A stretch of DNA of 64,000 bases from a virus (taxonomy: Duplodnaviria; Caudoviricetes): positions 32,001 through 96,000 of IMG/VR virus record IMGVR_UViG_3300033121_002354; one strand, given 5' to 3'. The first letter of the stretch is position 1. Each line of letters starts with the position of its first letter. The notes beneath the pieces are model-generated. The model was not told where the DNA came from and made no database searches. It was given only the letters and a program-made list of their open reading frames with translations. Below, one piece after another: positions 1 to 9,671 of this stretch. The position numbers were made by a program, and so were the translations under genes.

Positions 1-2
1 TT

Positions 3-317
3 GAAAAACTGTCCTCTGAGTATGACCATACGTTTATGGTTTCACAAGAACCTGTAGCAAACGAAGTTTTAAGAGAAATGGATGACGTTATAGGAGAAGA
101 CAATCACTTCTACTGTACAGGAAAATCTTGGCACAATCCCATCATTTCTATTCTGGATGTCATTTGCAATGAAAAAAGCAGAGATACCAATTGGGGTAAA
201 AACATACCAGACACAGAAATAACCATCGCCGGTTTGAGAGGACAGGATCTAGAAAAAGTAGATGATACAATTAAAGACCTAAATCTAACAGACAAAATAC
301 AGGTAAAACTATTATGA
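3..317 (+). CDS. Hypothetical protein, 5'-truncated by the window edge
   Basis: Frame is open from position 3 through the 36..317 ORF; stop overlaps next start (ATGA). Confidence 0.6.
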   Translation, partial: EKLSSEYDHTFMVSQEPVANEVLREMDDVIGEDNHFYCTGKSWHNPIISILDVICNEKSRDTNWGKNIPDTEITIAGLRGQDLEKVDDTIKDLNLTDKIQVKLL

Positions 318-1720
318 TAGTACAAAGTGCAACCAACAGCACAATATATTTTGAAGACATAGATCTAAGCATCTTTCCAGAGACTAATACAAGCATTGAC
401 CAAATCACTCTTGCAAAGTCTTTGGGGTTGCAAAAATCAATAAAAGATGGTTTGCTGAAGGTTGTTAAATGGGACAAAAAGAATACCTTGGAGAAAGCAA
501 TAGTAAACAGTATCCGTCCCGTCACTAAACAAACAAAGAAGGATACCATCCATGTCGAAAATATGCCCCTAAAAGGCATTCCTGTTTGCATTAAAGGCAT
601 TTTCTACGAAGCTGGCGGATATGGCAAGGTAAATCGTTATTTAGCCAAAAGCTTAAAAGAACTTGGGTTTGTTGTGTCAATTGACCCAATTAAGGGACAA
701 AACCAATTAAACGAAGATGAGTTAACAGAAGTGATAGAAATGGAAGAGACAAAGCTTCCAAAAGACCACATCAAAATTGACAGTATTATTCCCTCCTTTA
801 CTGAAATGTCCAGTGGCAAACACAGAATAATCTATACAACGATTGAAGCACATAGTATTCCTGATAAATTTGCCCAAATTTGCGATAGCTACCAAACAAT
901 TATTGTTACATCTCCATTTGCAAAATCTGTGTTAGAGAAGAAGTTGCCTAATCGTGAAATTTTTGTAATACCCACAGGCGTAGATCCAGACTATTACAAC
1001 GAAAGTATACGTCCCATTCAATTCAACCCCCCATTAAAGAAATTTGTGTTTTTGTCAGTATTTGGATGGAGCTACCGAAAAGGATACGATTTATTATTCA
1101 AGAGTTACTTTAACGAGTTTTCTGCCGAAGATGACGTAAGTCTTTTAGTGTTAAGCAGATATATGCAAAGCACAAAGCCTGCATCCAAAAACAAGATACT
1201 TGAAGATATTGAAAATATTGCCAAAGGCATAAAAAACAGTGATGATTTACCGCATTTTCAGGTTGCTTCTAATATTTTTTCAGAGAAAAATCTGGCTAAA
1301 ATCTACAAAAGTTGTCATGCTTTTGTGCTTGTGTCTCGTGGCGAATCGACATGCTTGCCTCCTTGTGAAGCTTCGTTGTGTGGGTTGCCAGTTATCATGA
1401 CTGATTGTTGCGGGCAAAAAACGTGGCTTAATAACAAAAACTCTTATTTACTTCCTATTGATAAACTAGAAATGGTACAACCCGGAACAAGTTCGTTGCA
1501 TTATTGGGACAATGAACTTTTCCCATCCTTAAAAAGCAAAGAATGTATATCGAATTTGTCTACCATAATGAGACACGTATACACAAACTACGAAGAGGCA
1601 AAAAACAAGAACAAAAACCTTCAGAAGTTGCTACTGTCTAAATTCCAGTGGAAACATGCTGCATTACAAATGAAAGATGTACTTGAGGATATATGGAAAA
1701 AACGATTTTCGCAAACATAG
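314..1720 (+). CDS. Glycosyltransferase family 4 (GT-B fold)
   Basis: GGYG N-lobe motif, YTTIE, IPTGVD, FLSVFGWSYRKGYDLL, and E-x7-E motif SRGESTCLPPCEASLCGLPVI. Confidence 0.9.
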   Translation: MIVQSATNSTIYFEDIDLSIFPETNTSIDQITLAKSLGLQKSIKDGLLKVVKWDKKNTLEKAIVNSIRPVTKQTKKDTIHVENMPLKGIPVCIKGIFYEAGGYGKVNRYLAKSLKELGFVVSIDPIKGQNQLNEDELTEVIEMEETKLPKDHIKIDSIIPSFTEMSSGKHRIIYTTIEAHSIPDKFAQICDSYQTIIVTSPFAKSVLEKKLPNREIFVIPTGVDPDYYNESIRPIQFNPPLKKFVFLSVFGWSYRKGYDLLFKSYFNEFSAEDDVSLLVLSRYMQSTKPASKNKILEDIENIAKGIKNSDDLPHFQVASNIFSEKNLAKIYKSCHAFVLVSRGESTCLPPCEASLCGLPVIMTDCCGQKTWLNNKNSYLLPIDKLEMVQPGTSSLHYWDNELFPSLKSKECISNLSTIMRHVYTNYEEAKNKNKNLQKLLLSKFQWKHAALQMKDVLEDIWKKRFSQT

Positions 1721-2472
1721 TTTCCGAAGATAAATTCATTGTTTATCATGATGACGCGGCGTATGAAAATACGTTAGACAATCTAGATCAATATACGCAT
1801 GTACTTGTGTTTAAGAAGGTTATGTATTTAAAAGATTCACAATTTATATCTTTTATTAGTTCTTCGGTTTGTCCCAATACAAATGTTGACTATGTACCTG
1901 ACTTAAATACGTTGTTTGCTTTTTACGACCAAAAAATGAATAAGCTTTTTATTTGTGACAGATATGGCATTATTAACATTGAAATGTCTTCGGAAAACTG
2001 GATTACTAAATTACCAAAGTTTTTTGGATATGTGATATCAGCCGACAAACTAACTATTAATCAGTTTAAACTAATGTTGCAGAAAAAATGGGAGCCTGCA
2101 AAAGTCGCTCCAAAGGTAAATGCACCAAAACCAAAGCCAGAGAATTCTTCCAAAAAAGAGTATTTGCATACCAGACTTAGCGGCAAGATTAATGTCTTAT
2201 CCATAAAAAGAAAAGATGGAAGACCGCTAGAATTTGATGGAAAATATGATTTTGTGAACGTTAATGATTTGCCATCAAACTATATGACCAACAGGGAAAT
2301 TCTGAAGTTGTTTAAAGAGAAAAAGATAGAGTTAGTAGATGAGAATTATTACAGAACGCATAAAAATAAATATGTGAAACTAACTAACGAACTCATTATA
2401 AATAAGTCTGTAAGCAAGTACGATCCGGCACAATCACCTATAGCCGCAGAGATGGAAATAGACGGAGATTAG
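1693..2472 (+). CDS. Hypothetical protein
   Basis: 259-aa ORF overlapping the upstream GT; no recognisable motif. Confidence 0.7.
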   Translation: MEKTIFANIVSEDKFIVYHDDAAYENTLDNLDQYTHVLVFKKVMYLKDSQFISFISSSVCPNTNVDYVPDLNTLFAFYDQKMNKLFICDRYGIINIEMSSENWITKLPKFFGYVISADKLTINQFKLMLQKKWEPAKVAPKVNAPKPKPENSSKKEYLHTRLSGKINVLSIKRKDGRPLEFDGKYDFVNVNDLPSNYMTNREILKLFKEKKIELVDENYYRTHKNKYVKLTNELIINKSVSKYDPAQSPIAAEMEIDGD

Positions 2473-2478
2473 GTATAA

Positions 2479-3582
2479 TTGCATGTGCAGTGCAACTATC
2501 ACCTTTATCTTAATAACACTGGCTATTCTTGTTCATCCCAAGACTATTTAATAGCGATTTTACAAGCTAATCCCAGCTTGGATTTGAGAATAAAAATAAT
2601 TAACAACAGGATTTTGGGAGTTTCCCCAGAAAGAAATGATCTATTTTTAAAATTATCACAAAAGGAATTGTCAGAGGAACATGCATCAATTTATCACTGT
2701 ATTCCTACGGCATATCCAAAAGATGACAAAAGCAAGGTAAAAATAGGTTTCACTGTTTACGAAACCATTGATCCGCCCAAAGAATGGATACACGAAATGA
2801 ATAAGATGGATTTGATTATTACTCCATCTCATTTCAATAAAAATGTGTTTGTAACAGGGGGACTAAAAACAAAATGCGAAGTTGTGCCACACTGTTTCAA
2901 TCCTGCATTATTTAATGACGAAGTAAGGTGCAATGGCAGATATAACAAGTTTACTTTTCTATCTATGGGGACGTTTCGAAAGAGAAAGAATTTTGATCTT
3001 TTAATAAACGCATTTTATGATGGGTTCACTAACAAGGATAACGTGTGTCTTTTGATAAAGACTGATAAAGGCAAACAGATGGGGCATTTGGTTAATTCTA
3101 TTAAGGCAGATAATTACAAAAGTAAGGATACTGCTCCAATTTATGTGGATGATGAAATACTGGACTTTGAAGACATTCCATCTTTTATGAAGAAGGCAGA
3201 TGTATTTGTTTCACCTTCGGCTGGAGAGGGTTTTTGTCTGCCAAGTATGCATGCTTTGGCTCTCAATATTCCAATTATAGTCACAAAATATGGAGGAGCC
3301 TTAGAATACGCCAAACCAGAGTTTAGCACCTACTTTATTCCGTATGGATATACCAAAAAACCAGTTTTGGATGGCTTTCCTCAGTTTGCTAACAAAATAT
3401 GGCCCGACATTAAAGTGTCAGAAGTAAGAGACAAAATGCTGTTTGCCTATCATTCTTTATCAGCTCTACAAAAAATCACGAGAGATGGATACCAATTTGT
3501 ACATGACCACTTTAATTACAAAATTATTGGGCACAGATTTGTTAACGTAGTTGAGGAAACAATTAATGCACATATCTCTTAA
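2479..3582 (+). CDS. Glycosyltransferase family 4
   Basis: TGYS, FTVYET, TPSHFNK, VPHCFN, RKRKNFDLLINAF, SPSAGEGFCLPSMHALALNIPII; the second Glu of E-x7-E is replaced by His. TTG start. Confidence 0.88.
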   Translation: MHVQCNYHLYLNNTGYSCSSQDYLIAILQANPSLDLRIKIINNRILGVSPERNDLFLKLSQKELSEEHASIYHCIPTAYPKDDKSKVKIGFTVYETIDPPKEWIHEMNKMDLIITPSHFNKNVFVTGGLKTKCEVVPHCFNPALFNDEVRCNGRYNKFTFLSMGTFRKRKNFDLLINAFYDGFTNKDNVCLLIKTDKGKQMGHLVNSIKADNYKSKDTAPIYVDDEILDFEDIPSFMKKADVFVSPSAGEGFCLPSMHALALNIPIIVTKYGGALEYAKPEFSTYFIPYGYTKKPVLDGFPQFANKIWPDIKVSEVRDKMLFAYHSLSALQKITRDGYQFVHDHFNYKIIGHRFVNVVEETINAHIS

Positions 3583-4633
3583 TCCGCCAAGCGGTTTAGA
3601 TAATTCCTATTTTGATGTTGAATTCACTATAAATTTCGACAATTCTCTAAAACATAAACCGACAAAAATTAAGTTGTTCAACGAAATTCAACAGCTTAAC
3701 ATATTAGCCACGAATAATTGTGTAATTAGAAATAACGAAATTGTTTGTGATAAAACTCCATCAATTTTGTCTGGGTATATAAACCTTTTTAACGATGACA
3801 AAATGAACCAAAAACTGTCCACATATGTAAAAATGGCTATAAAATGTACAGTTGATGATCTAACCACTAAAGAAACTTTTACTAGCGACACAGTGTTTTA
3901 TAACGAAAGCTTTTCTGTAGATCAACAAATATTGCCATTTTCGTTAAAAGTCCCCGAAGAAACTGATTTTACCGAAGACATTTTGATCACTATTACTACA
4001 GACAAAGAAATGAAACTCCATTTACAACTAGAGTCTGCTCACAAAGAGTTTGATTTTCATGTAGTAACCAAGAATGGTACTACTGACATAAAAATTCCTA
4101 GAGAAATGATTTTTCATGAAATAATTACTGATGAAAGTGAAAAAATATCTTTTAACTATCTTAAGGAAAGCGGGATTACCCCTTTTAACACTGTAAATAG
4201 AAAAAAGATAAAAATCCCAAATTGCACAACCAAGGTAGTCAGCACAAATCTTGTGTTAAACCCACAAACTAGAAAAGGACCATTAGGCAACGATTTAGAC
4301 GAAACAGAATTTATTCTAAGTGACAGATATTTTGTTCCGGTTATCAAGGATTACACAAACCTGAAAACGCCTGTTAAAAACATAAAAACTATTTATGGCA
4401 ACATTTTTAAAAATGAGATCTTAGAAACACAAAATACCGATTTAATGCCAGAGCCAACAAAAAATAATACTAAGCCCATAATAAAGAGCGAAGATAGTTT
4501 CTTTAAACACGTTTTTAACACTTACAATTCAAAGTCGAGACAGGTTTCTCCTCAGCAAGCCTTAAAACTTGATAAACCCGACACACATACAGGAGACTGT
4601 GGATGCAAACGAAAAAAGACCCAATTGTCTTAA
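3566..4633 (+). CDS. Hypothetical beta-rich protein, possibly virion-associated
   Basis: ORF track start 3551 (TTG); ATG at 3566 has GAGG upstream. Ends in GDCGCKRKK. Confidence 0.7.
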   Translation: MHISLNPPSGLDNSYFDVEFTINFDNSLKHKPTKIKLFNEIQQLNILATNNCVIRNNEIVCDKTPSILSGYINLFNDDKMNQKLSTYVKMAIKCTVDDLTTKETFTSDTVFYNESFSVDQQILPFSLKVPEETDFTEDILITITTDKEMKLHLQLESAHKEFDFHVVTKNGTTDIKIPREMIFHEIITDESEKISFNYLKESGITPFNTVNRKKIKIPNCTTKVVSTNLVLNPQTRKGPLGNDLDETEFILSDRYFVPVIKDYTNLKTPVKNIKTIYGNIFKNEILETQNTDLMPEPTKNNTKPIIKSEDSFFKHVFNTYNSKSRQVSPQQALKLDKPDTHTGDCGCKRKKTQLS

Positions 4634-5457
4634 ATGAAACTCAAAAAACGTTGTTTGACAGATTGGCATCCGTAGCACCAGTTTATGCATATGGACCATA
4701 TCTACAAAACATTTTAAAGGGTCTCCCAAACAAGTATCAACCCGTATCTTTGAATCTGATTTCTCCTCAACGACTGGATGAAGAAACGTCGCAATTAATT
4801 GAAAGCAAGTTTTCTCCATTATTTTCTCCAGTCAAAAACGACAGCATGTATTTCTTTTATCACGAAGGCATAAACTTTGTGTGGCTTTTTATGCCAGATT
4901 TTAATCCAAATATCATAAACACTCAAAATGGTATTACAATAGACCAGGTGTTTTTAAACTTAAACACTTATTCTTTGTTGGACCCAACCAGTGCAGGCAT
5001 CTCTGATATAAAAAACGATCCAATCATTATAAGGACTACAGCAGCAAAAGATAAGTGGGACAACGATTTGGTTGCCAATATCCTTATTAAGATAAGTTAT
5101 TTCCAAAAAAGCGAAGTGTCAGAAGAAGATTTGAAAATTATAAATAATATAGACAACTTATCTATACCAGATCTATCAGTCATATTGTGGATGCCATACC
5201 CTTCTAATACTATAAGATTTTTGCTTAATAATACAAAAAATGGCATGAACACAATATTTGATTCATTGTTGCGTTTGGCTCCCAACCTAGAAGTTGCTGT
5301 TCCAGAAACAGTATCTCCTAAGCAGGTTTTTTCACCTAAAAATCTTAAATTATTAGATGTTTACATAGATTATTTTGAAAATCAAAAAGTAGCACTCAAA
5401 AATAATCACAGAGAAAAAACCTTGCTAAAAATTCTACTACATGGGGAAAAAGTTTGA
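4603..5457 (+). CDS. Degenerate CCA-adding enzyme / poly(A) polymerase head-domain homologue, probably inactive
   Basis: VYAYGPYLQNILKG resembles xYxVGGxVRDxLLG; GITIDQVFLNLNTYSLLDPTSAGISDIKNDPIIIRT resembles RDFTINAxxxxxxxxxLIDPxGGxxDLxxxxIR. Catalytic DxD and RRD are absent. Confidence 0.6.
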   Translation: MQTKKDPIVLNETQKTLFDRLASVAPVYAYGPYLQNILKGLPNKYQPVSLNLISPQRLDEETSQLIESKFSPLFSPVKNDSMYFFYHEGINFVWLFMPDFNPNIINTQNGITIDQVFLNLNTYSLLDPTSAGISDIKNDPIIIRTTAAKDKWDNDLVANILIKISYFQKSEVSEEDLKIINNIDNLSIPDLSVILWMPYPSNTIRFLLNNTKNGMNTIFDSLLRLAPNLEVAVPETVSPKQVFSPKNLKLLDVYIDYFENQKVALKNNHREKTLLKILLHGEKV

Positions 5458-8400
5458 GCTGCATAGACCAATGTACAGTTGGACAAATATGCACGCAAAC
5501 ATTTCCGCCCAAATGTTCTCCATTAGTTAATCAGTCGTGCATGTCATCGTGCCTGAGTTTGATACAAACTCCACCGCCAGGAACCGGTCCATTTGGACCG
5601 CCGCCAACTCCACCGAATACACCACCTCCACCTGCAGATTATTGCAGTGGCACATGCAACTGGGAAATTCCAACATGCCTAGACAATCCTTTTGATAGCA
5701 GCACAACAGGATCTTCAAGCACAGCCAGTTCGTGCGTAGCAGAAGAATGCAGTTCGGGCTGTTGTTGCTGTGATTCGCTTGTAGTTGCTGACATAATTAA
5801 ACCGCGTTGTTATGACAGAGTAACTGTTTCTTGCAACTCTGACGGAACAGCTACAGGTGGCCCAAATAGCGTGCCATTCCCGTTGAGTTGCGACAGTTGT
5901 TTCGAAGCGTGCGATTTAATAATTAATGATCCAAATGGGTGCAGCAAACTTTCTACACTTTCATGGTGGGATTTAGGAAATACCAGTTGCTCTTGCGAAT
6001 GTAAGAATTTATCTGTTGTTGATGGCTGCTTATTGCATTGTGCTTATTGCGGGAAATGCGATGCTGAAATCACTATACAGAATAGCCCATGTGAATATAA
6101 GCTAATAGTATCTCCAAGCTCTGACTGTTGCACAGACAACAAAAAAGAAACAGTACAGATAATATTTTTTAACGTGGGCAGTTATAACAATTCGGTTTCT
6201 GGACCAGATCCATTAGTTAAACCAGAAGAGATTCTTCTTTTTCAGCAAAAATTATCAGAACTTAGAACTATATGCACGAATAACGGGATAAACATTTATG
6301 GAGATAACGGTCTACAAGATGGCATAACTAAAGGCAGAGCTTTTTGTGATCCTGGTCCGTGCTGTCCAGATGCTATATATGCAAACGAAACAGAAGCTGC
6401 AGCTTATATAATGGGCAATTTGCAAGCCGTTGAACCACCACAAAGAATAGAAATTGTCATTCTTGTACACGGATTTATTTCAGATTCTTCACAAGATGCT
6501 TGTACAGACATAAACTGGCCTGGATATCCTTCTGACTTCTTTAAATGTCTAGAAACACATAATGCAAAAATATCCACTATTGAATTTAACCGGAATATGA
6601 CGGATTCGTATTTCTCTTCTTTACCGCAAAATGTTGGAGCTAATGAAAATTGTGGCTCTGGAACTATGGGATATCAAAATTGTCGCCCTTCCAGTTTCTG
6701 GCCATCTGACAAGGTAATTGGAAGCATTGCTGCGGGTCCAACAGAGGACCAGTATGATGAATTATGGGCATTAATTACTAGACAAAAACCAATTACTAGT
6801 TGCGACTGTATTGATTCAGAGCCAAAAGTTTTCACTTTTGATAAAAAAGATTGCTCCCCCCGCACTTTTGATGTATGCGGAACAACGATAGTCATTGACA
6901 CCGAAGATATAAACATGGTTTGTTGTGAAGATATCGGCTGTGAATGTTCACAGCCATGTTGTACACCACCACCAAATAGCTGTGCTTGTGGCACAAATTG
7001 CACGGAAGTTTGTAGTAATGGGACAAAACTTTTTCCAAGTTTGTCTGCTGCTATAGAAGCAGTATGGGGAGAATGCAAGTCAAATGCCATTAGCGAAGAT
7101 GATAATGGATGCATAAAAGTCAGAATGAACTCTAATATTGTACAGATTTGCAAAGCTGATATTGAAGCACAAGTAACAGCAGCTTGGTTAGAATGTGAAG
7201 AATGTACTGGTCCTGACTGCGGATCGTGTATCGGTCCAGATTGTCCGTGTCCACCTGGAAATTCTGATTGTAACGGTCCATGCACAGGACCAGATTGTCC
7301 TGATTGTCCCGAAGGAGATCCAGATTGTAATAACTGTACTGGTCCAGACTGCAATAATTGTGATGGGCCAGATTGCCCAGATTGTCCACCTGGAGATCCA
7401 GATTGCAACACCTGTATTGGTCCAGACTGTGATATACCAAATGGACCCGGACCAGATGATGATTGCATAGGGACCAATTGTGATGGTTCTGGTTCGAATC
7501 CTCCACCTAACTTAGTGTGTACTGCAGATGAAACAATCAGTCCGAATGACGACTGTTTTTCTGTTAGACATCCTGATGTTGTTGTTCTAAATAACGGAAT
7601 TGGATTGGTTGCTTTTGAAGATGATTCAGATCCTTCTGTCATAAAAATAAAGCAATTTAAAACAAGTATCGAAAACAAGGTGCAGGCAAACCGTACATTA
7701 AGATTTGGAAGATTACAAAATCCATCAAAATGGATTATTACACAATCTGGACTTTATAGGGTAAAACTTTACCTATATGAAAATATAAGCAATGTTCAGG
7801 TTGGAGATGGGATTTTCTTTTTCAACGGACCATTAGCCAAACAAGCGTTTATCTTGACCACTGTAAGCAGTGACTCTACTGGAGACTATTTAGAATTCAG
7901 TATCAATCCAACAAATGGTTTTGAGTTTAGTGGTAGCTATGAATCTAAAACAGATGACAGATATGATGTACAATGGATAACTTACGACCAGAATGACACA
8001 GGACTTATTGGAGACAGACCACTTCCGACTGGGGTCGAGGCAGATTTGGACGCCACAAAAGAAGATGTGGATTCAATACTTATATTGCCTCCCCATTACT
8101 TTGATGGCAAGAAAGTTCCAGTTGCATATCCAAGGATTACGAACAGCGATAACTACGATAATAATTCAGAAAATTCACAGTTTGTGTATGTTGCATATCA
8201 AGCCTTAGAAAATAAAACATGGAGAATATACTTAAGGCAACTTCGATTGTCAGAGTTTAAAAAGTCAGCAGATGTACTACTAACTTCTGACAACATTTCC
8301 AGTGTAACACCAGAAAATACAAACGAAATCGTTTGGACATGTAAGTCAACATGTATAAGTTATGATTGCGAATCAGAAACTAAAATTGCCACCATTACTT

Positions 8401-9671
8401 CGGTATGGACTGCAGCCACGACGGAAGGCATTGACATATACAATTGCGACTTAAGAAGTGGTGAAAACTTTTTCTGCAATCAATCATTTGAAAAAAACAA
8501 ATTAACCATTTTGGTTTCTCAGACAACAGTTTCTACAGAAAAATGTCCAACTTCTAAAAATCTTCAAAAATGGAACAGAGAAGATACAGTTTCTACGCCT
8601 GTACCAGAGTTTATTTCAGACACAGACCAAAACGAAATAAGCAATTGGGCAAATAGCCATTTCAATTTTGGCGTTACTTCAAGCGAAAATGTAACGATCA
8701 ACTCTTTAAGATGTCAACTTTTATATTCTCAGTCACAAACTGGTGGCTGGTGTACATTCAAAAATGAAATAATAGGTACTCTTAATCAATATAAGGGCTT
8801 GTATGTTTCTGATCCGATTTTAATATCGTCACCAAACCAAAACAGCATTCATCCCAAGATAAAAATAGACTATCTTAACAGGCTTTTTATTTCTTATTGT
8901 GAAGTTTCTGGAAATGATCAGGACATCATTGTAGTAGGTACAAATACTCCAGAAAATGTGTTGCCTATAGGTACTGATTTTAGGCGAAAAAGCGACTTTT
9001 TGGGATTTGATAGTGAATTCAAATTCTTTTATGACAAAACTGATTTCACTTATCGAAGAAGAGTTACTTTGGGTGGACTAAACCAATATCCTGATATGTG
9101 GATTGACCTAAACAATGTTGTGCATATAGTTTGGCAATCCAATGTTGATCTCGACTGGGAAATCTATTATGCAAATTCGGATGACGAGTTTACTCCAGAA
9201 AGAATAACAAAACAACAAAGCAAGTCTTTACGTCCCTCAATTACGGGGGATAACAGCGGCAATCTAGTCATTGTATGGCACGATGATAGGTTTGGTGTCT
9301 GGGAAATTATGGCAGCAGTCAAGCCAGGATCTCGTATTAGACCACTATACCAACAAAATGAATACATAGCCTCGATGATTAATAATTATCAACACACAAT
9401 AGATTATGTGCCTTTTACAATAACTAATGATACTGATTCAGTAATGTGTTTCACTGATTTATATGTTTCATTTTATCAAGATCGCACACTTACAATTGGA
9501 CCTTTGTTAACTGTACGTAAATCTGATTTTCCTTTTGCATTCTCTGTTGTTTCTAGTGATCCAACTTATCCTTCTGTGCCAGACAAAATTTGTTTGCAAC
9601 CGGGTGAGTCAATCAATTTGCAAATGACATTAACTCCAGAAATTTTTACTAGTGGAGTAATTAGTCCATGA
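5454..9671 (+). CDS. Large Cys-rich / beta-propeller protein (putative virion appendage component)
   Basis: N-terminal half extremely Cys-rich with a Pro tract and CxGPDC repeats. C-terminal half has propeller blades (NQYPDMWIDLNNVVHIVWQS, SLRPSITGDNSGNLVIVWHDDRFG-WEI). Paralogous to 9668+10945. Confidence 0.8.
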   Translation: MSCIDQCTVGQICTQTFPPKCSPLVNQSCMSSCLSLIQTPPPGTGPFGPPPTPPNTPPPPADYCSGTCNWEIPTCLDNPFDSSTTGSSSTASSCVAEECSSGCCCCDSLVVADIIKPRCYDRVTVSCNSDGTATGGPNSVPFPLSCDSCFEACDLIINDPNGCSKLSTLSWWDLGNTSCSCECKNLSVVDGCLLHCAYCGKCDAEITIQNSPCEYKLIVSPSSDCCTDNKKETVQIIFFNVGSYNNSVSGPDPLVKPEEILLFQQKLSELRTICTNNGINIYGDNGLQDGITKGRAFCDPGPCCPDAIYANETEAAAYIMGNLQAVEPPQRIEIVILVHGFISDSSQDACTDINWPGYPSDFFKCLETHNAKISTIEFNRNMTDSYFSSLPQNVGANENCGSGTMGYQNCRPSSFWPSDKVIGSIAAGPTEDQYDELWALITRQKPITSCDCIDSEPKVFTFDKKDCSPRTFDVCGTTIVIDTEDINMVCCEDIGCECSQPCCTPPPNSCACGTNCTEVCSNGTKLFPSLSAAIEAVWGECKSNAISEDDNGCIKVRMNSNIVQICKADIEAQVTAAWLECEECTGPDCGSCIGPDCPCPPGNSDCNGPCTGPDCPDCPEGDPDCNNCTGPDCNNCDGPDCPDCPPGDPDCNTCIGPDCDIPNGPGPDDDCIGTNCDGSGSNPPPNLVCTADETISPNDDCFSVRHPDVVVLNNGIGLVAFEDDSDPSVIKIKQFKTSIENKVQANRTLRFGRLQNPSKWIITQSGLYRVKLYLYENISNVQVGDGIFFFNGPLAKQAFILTTVSSDSTGDYLEFSINPTNGFEFSGSYESKTDDRYDVQWITYDQNDTGLIGDRPLPTGVEADLDATKEDVDSILILPPHYFDGKKVPVAYPRITNSDNYDNNSENSQFVYVAYQALENKTWRIYLRQLRLSEFKKSADVLLTSDNISSVTPENTNEIVWTCKSTCISYDCESETKIATITSVWTAATTEGIDIYNCDLRSGENFFCNQSFEKNKLTILVSQTTVSTEKCPTSKNLQKWNREDTVSTPVPEFISDTDQNEISNWANSHFNFGVTSSENVTINSLRCQLLYSQSQTGGWCTFKNEIIGTLNQYKGLYVSDPILISSPNQNSIHPKIKIDYLNRLFISYCEVSGNDQDIIVVGTNTPENVLPIGTDFRRKSDFLGFDSEFKFFYDKTDFTYRRRVTLGGLNQYPDMWIDLNNVVHIVWQSNVDLDWEIYYANSDDEFTPERITKQQSKSLRPSITGDNSGNLVIVWHDDRFGVWEIMAAVKPGSRIRPLYQQNEYIASMINNYQHTIDYVPFTITNDTDSVMCFTDLYVSFYQDRTLTIGPLLTVRKSDFPFAFSVVSSDPTYPSVPDKICLQPGESINLQMTLTPEIFTSGVISP
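7195..7490 (+). repeat. Intragenic tandem repeat encoding Cys-x-Gly-Pro-Asp-Cys / Pro-Asp-Cys units
   Basis: CTGPDC, CIGPDC, CTGPDC, CTGPDC, CDGPDC, CIGPDC plus PDCPxGDPDC twice; DNA unit ggtccagattg / ccagattg recurs. Confidence 0.9.

Noticed and set aside
6674-7678. 334-aa reverse-strand ORF with Gly/Gln/Ser/Pro collagen-like look (also 7132..7506 and 7195..7470)
   Set aside because: Antisense or alternate-frame shadow of the CxGPDC repeat, which lacks stops because of its codon content.
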